Shown: positions 8,607-16,100 of the stretch, piece after piece
Position numbering within the stretch: the first letter of the stretch is position 1
Layout of the letters: every line of letters starts with the position of its first letter
Virus record (IMG/VR): IMGVR_UViG_3300031834_000006
Coordinates: 1 to 58,600 of that record
Reading direction: 5' to 3' (one strand)
DNA from: a virus
Taxonomy: Duplodnaviria; Caudoviricetes
Length of the DNA stretch: 58,600 bases
Notes under the pieces: model-generated
What the model was told of the DNA's origin: nothing
The model's database searches: none
Seen by the model: only the letters and a program-made list of their open reading frames with translations
Program-made: the position numbers and the translations under genes

Positions 8607-8660
8607 CCACCTGACGAGGCCCCTTGCAAGGGCCGAAACCCCCTGTAAAGGGGGTCGTGG
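8607..8660 (+). ncRNA. Hammerhead ribozyme type I, copy 2 (cleavage after C8656)
   Basis: CCAC CUGACGA GGCCC-CUUGCAA-GGGCC GAAA CCCCC-UGUAAA-GGGGG UC^GUGG: canonical core. Confidence 0.95.
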
Positions 8661-8687
8661 ACGCAAACAATAGTCCCAACCAAACCA

Positions 8688-8915
8688 ATGACAAAATTAA
8701 AAGCAATTCACAAAGTTCGGGGTTTTACTCTCACCCTCTATTATGACGGCACAATCTACTCTGATATCAAAAACGGGGTATACGTTGGGTCACTCTGGGA
8801 AGCTGAGAACGAGGGGTGCCTCTATAACCAATCAGGTACTGCTACTTTGCCAGTGCCAGAATCAGTAGTTGAAAAGTTCTGGGCTTTTGAACAAGCATTT
8901 TCTGATTCCCTGTAA
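8688..8915 (+). CDS. Early hypothetical protein (cargo of hammerhead 2)
   Basis: 75 aa ORF filling the interval between two ribozymes. Confidence 0.75.
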   Translation: MTKLKAIHKVRGFTLTLYYDGTIYSDIKNGVYVGSLWEAENEGCLYNQSGTATLPVPESVVEKFWAFEQAFSDSL

Positions 8916-8947
8916 TTTACCAATCAAGCGACCGAACTGTAAACAAA

Positions 8948-9003
8948 CCACCTGACGAAGGTCTCCGGCGGGAGACCGAAACCCCCTTTACAGGGGGTCG
9001 TGG
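8948..9003 (+). ncRNA. Hammerhead ribozyme type I, copy 3 (cleavage after C8999)
   Basis: CCAC CUGACGA A GGUCUCC-GGCG-GGAGACC GAAA CCCCC-UUUACA-GGGGG UC^GUGG. Confidence 0.92.
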
Positions 9004-9036
9004 ACGCAAACAAGTCCCACTTACCAACCAACCACC

Positions 9037-9693
9037 ATGACCACCACCACCACCATAGCTATTGCCGTACGCGTCAACCAATTCGTCAGCGTACAGGCCA
9101 CTTTGTACGCCCACTTGGGGCCTACTCCGGTAGCCCTGCACCGCACCGTGAACCGCGCTGGCTGGACCGTAACCAGCGTGGTTTGCGGTTTTGCAATGGT
9201 GCACGGCCCAACCCGCAACAAGGCCTTGGCGGAGTACCAAAGGGTCCTAATTGACTTGGGCCCCAGCGCGGTTTTGGCGCGGGTTGCGGCGGAGCCCGTT
9301 GCCCCAAGCCCCGATTCGCTCAAACCAGCCCCAACCAAACGGCCCAAGCCCAAGGCGGCTCCAGCCAACGGCGGCAACGCGGTTGCGGTAGCTTACGCGG
9401 TTGCAGAGCGTGCGGGACTTACGGTTGCGGAGCGGGACGCTGTTCTCCGCGCCTTGTGCAAGAGCGGCCCCAACGCTGGCCGATTACTGGCCCAAGCCCC
9501 AGCGCGGTACAAGGACCCGTTAGGCCAAGCCGCTTGGAACGGCTTGCAGCCCAACCCCTACAAAATCCAGCCAAGCTGCGTACTTTTGGCCGCACCTGCG
9601 GAGCGTGCACTGCTGGACAAGCTGGTGCCCAAGAACTGGCCAGTTTGGTTGGACTCAGACGCACGCGCGCTAGTAGAGCTAGGCGTTTGGTAA
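9037..9693 (+). CDS. Early hypothetical protein (cargo of hammerhead 3)
   Basis: 218 aa; two domains joined by a P/K-rich linker; TAA abuts hammerhead 4. Confidence 0.75.
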   Translation: MTTTTTIAIAVRVNQFVSVQATLYAHLGPTPVALHRTVNRAGWTVTSVVCGFAMVHGPTRNKALAEYQRVLIDLGPSAVLARVAAEPVAPSPDSLKPAPTKRPKPKAAPANGGNAVAVAYAVAERAGLTVAERDAVLRALCKSGPNAGRLLAQAPARYKDPLGQAAWNGLQPNPYKIQPSCVLLAAPAERALLDKLVPKNWPVWLDSDARALVELGVW

Positions 9694-9694
9694 A

Positions 9695-9748
9695 CCACCT
9701 GACGATGGCCCCTTGCAAGGGCCGAAACCCCCCTTGCGGGGGTCGTGG
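9695..9748 (+). ncRNA. Hammerhead ribozyme type I, copy 4 (cleavage after C9744)
   Basis: CCAC CUGACGA U GGCCC-CUUGCAA-GGGCC GAAA CCCCC-CUUGC-GGGGG UC^GUGG. Confidence 0.92.
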
Positions 9749-9776
9749 ACGCAAACAATAGTCCCAACCAACCAAA

Positions 9777-9986
9777 ATGAACAACGATCTATCAGATATA
9801 AAACACTACGAGTCAACATTTGACTCGGTCGCCCACGAACTTATCAGCTTGATTGCTGATAGAGAAAAAGAAGTAAAGGGTAGTATAGATAATACCCAAC
9901 TCATCGATGCGTACTACTCATTCAGAGATATCCTTCAAGCAAAAGCCCAACAGCTATACCCAGATTACGACTTCGAGAACTTCTAA
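9777..9986 (+). CDS. Early hypothetical protein (cargo of hammerhead 4)
   Basis: 69 aa acidic helical ORF. Confidence 0.7.
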   Translation: MNNDLSDIKHYESTFDSVAHELISLIADREKEVKGSIDNTQLIDAYYSFRDILQAKAQQLYPDYDFENF

Positions 9987-9990
9987 CATC

Positions 9991-10284
9991 ATGATTATAC
10001 TCTTAAGACAAAGCAACATTAAATTAGGCACCCCTAACGACCACAGTCTAACGTTGGCTGAAGCAGGATTTATCTGGGTCAAATACCTTGAGGTGTTCGA
10101 CGATAGGATTGAGTTCATGCCTCTTGGTCAGCAAGACTATGAACCCACGGCAATTAAAAAAGTTAATGGTGACTGTTGGTTAGAACCCAACACGGGAATC
10201 ATGTACGAATATTTCTTCGTATACCCTTCGGAGTGGGTTCGATCATTACCCCGTCACCTAGAAATCAAACCTAAAACCACCTGA
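9991..10284 (+). CDS. Early hypothetical protein
   Basis: 97 aa from ATG 9991 (MIILLRQSN...); its TGA stop is part of the CUGACGA core of hammerhead 5. Confidence 0.65.
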   Translation: MIILLRQSNIKLGTPNDHSLTLAEAGFIWVKYLEVFDDRIEFMPLGQQDYEPTAIKKVNGDCWLEPNTGIMYEYFFVYPSEWVRSLPRHLEIKPKTT

Positions 10285-10329
10285 CGAGGCCCCTTGCAAG
10301 GGCCGAAACCCCCCTTGCGGGGGTCGTGG
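10277..10329 (+). ncRNA. Hammerhead ribozyme type I, copy 5 (cleavage after C10325)
   Basis: CCAC CUGACGA GGCCC-CUUGCAA-GGGCC GAAA CCCCC-CUUGC-GGGGG UC^GUGG. Confidence 0.95.
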
Positions 10330-10355
10330 ACGCAACCACAACCAACCAACCAACC

Positions 10356-10529
10356 ATGACCACTGAAACAATAGACTGTACCCCTACTTGGGAGTTCGCC
10401 GCCAACGTTTATATCGAAGTCCTACGGAACCCAGACGCGGGTTTCTACGCGGTGCAAACCGCCAAGGACGAAATCCTGCGCTTGGCCCGCACCGTGGACC
10501 AACTCAACCAAATCAACCAAAAACCATGA
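10356..10529 (+). CDS. Early hypothetical protein (first cargo of hammerhead 5)
   Basis: 57 aa, MTTETIDCTPTW...; follows an ACCAACC-repeat leader. Confidence 0.7.
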   Translation: MTTETIDCTPTWEFAANVYIEVLRNPDAGFYAVQTAKDEILRLARTVDQLNQINQKP

Positions 10530-10891
10530 AAATCGAACAAGAATTACGCGCTAGAAAGCTCATCATTACCGCCGATCCCCAGCAGGTCGCCAAAATTACT
10601 GGGGTCAAAGAGCTCCAGTACGGCCGGACCCATGAGGTCTTTGCTGGTGCTCCGTGCCAGTGGAGCCTCGAACGGGGGGCAACCCATACCCTGTACTGCG
10701 GCGAGGGCATTGGACGCGGTACACGCCCTGCCAAACTGCTTAAAACTCGGCTGTACGCGGGTGTGGACGAGCTTGACGACCAGATCGTTTGGCACAAGTG
10801 GAACATACGAACTCTTTGGGAGTTCCCGCTTACCGAAACCGCGTGCGTGCGCGAAGTAACCGCTGAAGAACTCGAAGAACTCCAACCATGA
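10526..10891 (+). CDS. Early hypothetical protein
   Basis: 121 aa, MKIEQELR...; ATGA overlap with the previous gene. Confidence 0.7.
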   Translation: MKIEQELRARKLIITADPQQVAKITGVKELQYGRTHEVFAGAPCQWSLERGATHTLYCGEGIGRGTRPAKLLKTRLYAGVDELDDQIVWHKWNIRTLWEFPLTETACVREVTAEELEELQP

Positions 10892-11037
10892 ACCTTGACC
10901 TACTAATCATTGTGGGCACCACCTACCTTGGCAACGCGCTAATCTTTGGATGGCTGCAAGCCTTGCCTTATACTATAACCATAGTAGCTGCTTCTGCGGC
11001 CATTTGGTTAGTGTTAGTGTTAGGCTGCATCCTGTAA
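10888..11037 (+). CDS. Small hydrophobic membrane protein (not in the ORF track)
   Basis: 49 aa MNLDLLIIVGTTYLGNALIFGWLQALPYTITIVAASAAIWLVLVLGCIL; ATGA-coupled. Confidence 0.6.
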   Translation: MNLDLLIIVGTTYLGNALIFGWLQALPYTITIVAASAAIWLVLVLGCIL

Positions 11038-11054
11038 CTTGAAACCTGAAAACT

Positions 11055-11417
11055 ATGACCAAACAACTGAACTGGAAACCCGTGGTAAGTAGCCTAATTA
11101 AGCTGCTACAAGCGGAAAAATACCGCGTGCTTTACGTGCACGACGGCCAAGACCACCACTACTACCACGAACTGGATTCGTTAAGAACAACCTGTTTTAA
11201 AGCCAGCAAGGCCATTTGCGCGGTTGACGAAGCCTACTTGGTGGTTGAGGACCTAAGTCAGGGTAGCGGCTACACGCTTACGCTTTTCTTGGTCCTTGGA
11301 AACAGCCCAGAAGAAATTGTAGCTGATTGCAGTTGCAATGCACGCTTGGACGAGGTACTAGAAGCCTTTAGCACATTTTGGCAAGGAGCTCCTTGCCCAA
11401 CCAAAACACAACCATGA
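11055..11417 (+). CDS. Early hypothetical protein
   Basis: 120 aa ORF in a coupled operon. Confidence 0.7.
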   Translation: MTKQLNWKPVVSSLIKLLQAEKYRVLYVHDGQDHHYYHELDSLRTTCFKASKAICAVDEAYLVVEDLSQGSGYTLTLFLVLGNSPEEIVADCSCNARLDEVLEAFSTFWQGAPCPTKTQP

Positions 11418-11575
11418 CCACCATATTAAAATTAAACGTTAGGCTTTTGGTGCAGCACCAAGAGGACTTCGATGCCCAGAAATTCGTGGATGAACTCCGC
11501 TACGATTTCTTTGACCCAGCGATCCAAGAAGTAGAAATTATTGAAATCCTTAGCCAAGAACCCCGTGACCTTTAA
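11414..11575 (+). CDS. Early hypothetical protein
   Basis: 53 aa from ATG 11414; ATGA overlap. Confidence 0.6.
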   Translation: MTTILKLNVRLLVQHQEDFDAQKFVDELRYDFFDPAIQEVEIIEILSQEPRDL

Positions 11576-11798
11576 ACTTACGTGCACCCACAAGTGGGGC
11601 CTAATTCAAGCTGGGGAAAACTACCAAGTCCGGCGTAACCCGTACGGGCTTGCGGTTTTTCAAGAAAATGACTTGCCAGCTTGGACCGCGCACCCAACAG
11701 TGGTGCTGGATCCGGAAGGCAAGTGCCACCCTAACAAGTTCTTTACAAACGCACCACAACCATCCCAGATTACGACTTCGAAAACTTCTAAGCCATGA
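11565..11798 (+). CDS. Early hypothetical protein
   Basis: GTG start; fills the operon gap; start position uncertain. Confidence 0.5.
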   Translation: MTFKLTCTHKWGLIQAGENYQVRRNPYGLAVFQENDLPAWTAHPTVVLDPEGKCHPNKFFTNAPQPSQITTSKTSKP

Positions 11799-12085
11799 AA
11801 CCAACAACAGCCATTAAGAAAGCTGGGTCCTTAGTGGGCCAGCTCCAGCGAACCGGAAACGCTTGGGCGTACCTTTGGTACGACCAGCAATACAACGCCT
11901 ACCGCAGCATTAATTACTGCGACTACTGGCAAGCGTACAGCAAACGCCGCACAAGCCTAATTGAAACGGCTTTGCGGCTTTTATTCCCAGACCAAGACCA
12001 AGAACTCGCCGGACTCCAACCAGAGTACCGCAGCGGCCGTTGGCAAAACTGGGTTTGGCAAATCTACCAACAAAACCAAGCATGA
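11795..12085 (+). CDS. Early hypothetical protein (W/Y-rich)
   Basis: 96 aa; ATGA overlap. Confidence 0.7.
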   Translation: MKPTTAIKKAGSLVGQLQRTGNAWAYLWYDQQYNAYRSINYCDYWQAYSKRRTSLIETALRLLFPDQDQELAGLQPEYRSGRWQNWVWQIYQQNQA

Positions 12086-12387
12086 AAACAAAAGAACAAA
12101 TAGAACAGCAAAATAACGCAATCCACGTAGCCCTGCTTTTGGGTGCGCACTACTCCACGCAAGCGGAACAACACAAACTGCGTTTGCCTTGCGGCATTGA
12201 GCTCCTGCTTTGGTGGGACCTTAACAACCAAGTGCATGTGCAGTGCGTTCAGGGCCGTGGATACCACCGCTGTCAACACCCGTTTGAAAGCTCGCGCACT
12301 TTAGCCCGCCGTTGCCAAAGCTACGTTTGGGTTATTACCAAAGACTGGGACCAAGAAAACTACCCAAATAAAAGCACCAATGTTTGA
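12082..12387 (+). CDS. Early hypothetical protein
   Basis: 101 aa from ATG 12082; ATGA overlap. Confidence 0.65.
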   Translation: MKTKEQIEQQNNAIHVALLLGAHYSTQAEQHKLRLPCGIELLLWWDLNNQVHVQCVQGRGYHRCQHPFESSRTLARRCQSYVWVITKDWDQENYPNKSTNV

Positions 12388-12613
12388 CTCCTTAACAACA
12401 ACCGAAAGCGGGGACCTGCGCCAATGCGTTAGCGAAGCGCACGCCACTAACTGCGGGCCTGAACGTTTGTTCAGGGACCACAACGATATTTACGTAGACA
12501 GAAACGCACGTTTCAATTACACTGCGGACCAAATCTGGCGCGGGGGAACAATTCCCAAGCGCAGAGACACAAAAACAAACCAAGAACCCAATATAGATTA
12601 TGCACGGTATTAA
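12380..12613 (+). CDS. Early hypothetical protein
   Basis: 77 aa ORF overlapping both neighbours. Confidence 0.55.
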   Translation: MFDSLTTTESGDLRQCVSEAHATNCGPERLFRDHNDIYVDRNARFNYTADQIWRGGTIPKRRDTKTNQEPNIDYARY

Positions 12614-13034
12614 CGAAATCAAAAAGCAAAACGCACAAGCAAAAGCAAACTACGACAACAGCCGCCAAGGCACTTTCGTAGTACTCCAAAACGGCAACGT
12701 ACTGTTGCGTTTGGGGGCCCACTCAAAGACCATTGAAAGCCGCGACGAAGCCGCCGAGTTCTTGGACCAAGTCCGTGGACGAACCAGCGGTTACGTTCGA
12801 GGCGTGGTGCAGGGGTATTTCACCCAGCCGGACTTCGAACAGGATTTTGAAGACAGCCGCAACGGCACGTACAGCGTGCTGGATAGCGGAGGCATTCTAA
12901 TCCGGAACGGCCTAAGCAGCAAAACTATTGACGAGCCACAGGACATTGTAGAGTTCTTGGGCAAGGTGGTGGACCGCGAAACCGAACTCGTTCGCAACGC
13001 GGTGAAGTCTTACTTTGCTCCGGCCTTGGCATGA
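12600..13034 (+). CDS. Early hypothetical protein with an internal domain duplication
   Basis: YDNSRQGTFVVLQNGNVLLR..SKTIE..EFL repeated as FEDSRNGTYSVLDSGGILIR..SKTID..EFL. Confidence 0.75.
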   Translation: MHGINEIKKQNAQAKANYDNSRQGTFVVLQNGNVLLRLGAHSKTIESRDEAAEFLDQVRGRTSGYVRGVVQGYFTQPDFEQDFEDSRNGTYSVLDSGGILIRNGLSSKTIDEPQDIVEFLGKVVDRETELVRNAVKSYFAPALA

Positions 13035-13111
13035 CCCTGTTCCTATTCTGGATGTTTCTAGTTTGCTCGGTAATGGGCATTGCGGCTTCCATCCTTAACA
13101 TAGCCCTATAA
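13031..13111 (+). CDS. Putative 26-aa membrane peptide
   Basis: MTLFLFWMFLVCSVMGIAASILNIAL; ATGA-coupled; ends just before the terminator. Confidence 0.45.
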   Translation: MTLFLFWMFLVCSVMGIAASILNIAL

Positions 13112-13115
13112 AACC

Positions 13116-13155
13116 AAAGCCCCAAGGTCTAATGAACCTTGGGGCTTTTTTGTTT
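13116..13155. terminator. Bidirectional intrinsic terminator between the convergent early and virion operons
   Basis: AAAGCCCCAAGGT...ACCTTGGGGCTTT stem with a T-run on the plus strand and an A-rich flank. Confidence 0.85.
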
Positions 13156-16100
13156 TACGGGTTTACGGGTATGAACCTTGGCCGCTTTTGTATGGCTTGT
13201 TTTAAGTAGTCAACCCGAGCTTGGCCGTTAGATTCACCGCCGCGCTCAAGCATTTCGCTAAACATATCTTTTTCAAACACAACCCGATCCACCACGTTGC
13301 GTTTTATAATTTGGTTGTAGCGGTCCTTACTAATTCCAACGTCATTTGCTTGGCGTTTAAGTTCCTGCTCGCTTACGCCTAGCTTCTGGAAACCGCTTAC
13401 TATTTTCTGCAACTTACGGGCCGCGAACAAACGTGCGTCTTCCAAGCTAACGTAAACGTCTTCCACCTGTTGCGAGCTCAGGGGTGCCTCTGTTTTAAAC
13501 TTACCCCGCTCGGCCGTAACCGCATCTTGGTCCCTTTTAATTTTACCAAACGCTTGGTGCGCTAGCTTAACCAAGTCGTACCTACGGGTTTGGAAAGGAC
13601 TAAACTCGTTTGCCACTAGCTCCGAAGCCGTGGCCAGCCTTGCGTCTTGGTCGTAAATACTATTGTTAGTGTACGCTTCAAACGCTTGCAAGAACTTCTG
13701 CGGGGACTTCAAACGGTACGCTGAGTTGGCTAAGTACTTAACAACTTTAAACGCGGCTTCCGGCGTGCTATCATTTTCGTACCAAATTTTTCCGCCTTGG
13801 TCGTTTGTATTGTTCCGCGCCTTGGCAATAGCTTCAACGGCAATTTGGGGCGAGAAAAACGCGTGCGCAACGGCCCCAAAAAGAACCGCTGGAGCTTCGT
13901 CTGCGCGTCCGTTTAGCATTAAGTGCGCGGACCTCATAAACGGATCCGTTATAAGCGAAAACGGGTGCACGTACGTAAGGTTCCACATTTTAATTTTGCT
14001 TGGGTCCTGCTGGTCCTTTGCAAAGTAGTAGTTAACGTCCTTTGCCCAAGCCGGAAGGCTATTCCGAATCGACTCTTCTTGGTCGTCTTCAAAACCACCT
14101 ACGGCTTTAAGAATTTCTGGAACCGCGCTGCTTGCAAGCACCAAGCCAAGTCCGGCTAGTCTTTTAATACCCCGAGCCCGTAAAACTGGGTTGCCGGAGT
14201 TAAATTCTTTAAAGCCAACCGAAGTAATGGCAAAGGGTAACCGAACAGTTTCTGCGGTGAACCGGAAATAGCTGTTCATTAGGGTAGCCAACGGGCTGGC
14301 TTGGAAAGCCTTGGCCACGGCCACAACCTCGGACCTACCCTGCGTTGTTTTGCGTACAGTTCGCGCAGCCAATTGTTTAATTTGAGTTTCAGTCCACTTG
14401 GTGGTATTGTACGCGTTAGCCTCGGTTAAAACCTTAACTTCGTGCGAGTAGTACGCGAACTTGTACATCAAATCAATTGCTTCTGCGGCTGAAGCCAGCG
14501 AATCAAAGGCCGAACTAACAGCTTGGTAAGGAGCCTTAACAGCGGTTAGCGTGGCCGAGGCTACCTTGCCCTTGTTTCGAATTGTTTCTTCCAACTTTGC
14601 TAGAAAGTTAACTGGGTCCCCGCTCATTCCGTTTAGCAGGTCCTTTAAAACCCCACCGTTTATGGAGTCCTTTAGACCCAAAGCAATAAGGTCCGAGCCT
14701 AACGGGCCCAGCTCGCTTAGGCTAAACTTTTCGTCGGGTCTAGCAAACTCCGGCAATATTTGCGCGGCGCGGTTTAAGAAGTTCGTACCGTAAATTTCGT
14801 TTAGACCTTTAATAGAGTCGGCAATGTTTGCGGGGCTGGCAATGAAACCATTTGCACCCATGTACAACACGTTGCTAACCATGTTACGGGTATAGAATCC
14901 GGCCGAGCCAAGCGTAAGCATACCCAAGGATTTTCCAATAGCCTTTGCGGTTAGCAGTTCGATTTGGTAAATGAACTGAGCGGCATCACTTTTCGGGGCT
15001 TTGCGGTCCGGGGAGAACGATACTTTAAATGCTTCCTTTACTTCCGGCGGTGCGTAGTAATTTGACAAAGGCTCGCCGCCCAAGGTCTTGGTTGAGTTAA
15101 GCAAGGGCTCGTACAGCCTGTACTTTTCTGGGTCCTTGGCCTTTTCGTCGGCGGTAACTAGGAACCCGTTGTCCAAGCCACCTTGGGCGAACTGGTTAAG
15201 CAGCCTTTGCGTTCCTAAAAAGGTAGACAAGTTCGAGTACGTACGCATGGCGTTTTCAACTGGGTTCTGTATTTCCCCCAGAATTGCAACCAGCTCACGC
15301 GGCACTTCACCCTTTTCCATGAACCGTGTAAGGTCAGTTTTATTAAGAATCTTTCCCGGGATTTCTGGAGTTTCGCCGTGCTGTTCAATGAAGTTATCCA
15401 GCTCAATTGAACCAATGCTTTGGGCACGCGCTTCGGCTTCAACCAAGGCTCTAACTTCCGCGTCCGAATACACCGCGTACAAGTCATTTGAACGCCAGCT
15501 TTTAAAGGTGCGGTTTACCCAAGCCTTTTCAAAGAAGTCCCTTGCTTCTTGCCTTGCTTGCGCAAAGGTTGGATCGTTTTTAATTTTCTCAACGTAGCCT
15601 TCGTCGTGGTGGATTTGGTAGGTGCGGGTAAGGTACACGCCCAAGTTCTCGGTAACCACCGCACGCATTGGATCGTTTGGCCCAAGCGACTCAACCAATT
15701 GCTGGCTTAGCGAATCAATTGCGATACGGAACTCGGTTACCACGTTGGCCACGCGGGGGTTGTTTTGCTCTAGCCGGAACAACGCTTGTTGCTGGGCAAC
15801 CATTGCTGTTTTAACGCCCTTGGCTCGGGCGGCTTGGATTTCCAAAGCGTACGCGGAGTTGGCCGCTGTAATGGCGGCGGTTCGCGTTTGCTTTTCCGGT
15901 GAGTTAGCGAGCTCGGCTTGCAACGTAGTAACCTCGCGCTGGTAAAGTTTTACGTCTTGGTGCGTGGCGTAGTCAGCGCGTGCCTTTATGGTGCCTTGCT
16001 GGTACCTTGCGTACGCTTGGTCAGTTTGTTTGTACTGAGCGTTTAGGGCTTCCAGCTCCGCGTCCCGCGTTGCTTTGGCGGCGGCGCGGTCAGCCGTTGA

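Noticed and set aside
9000-9254. His-rich ORF (HHDHHHHH) and other GTG-started ORFs beginning at ribozyme cut sites
   Set aside because: These arise from the ACC-rich leader read in another frame and overlap better-supported ORFs; leaderless initiation on a 5'-OH GUG is unsupported.
8121-10335. The five repeats as a CRISPR array
   Set aside because: The intervals are 290-690 bp of intact ORFs rather than 30-40 bp spacers, there is no cas operon, and the repeats match the hammerhead consensus.
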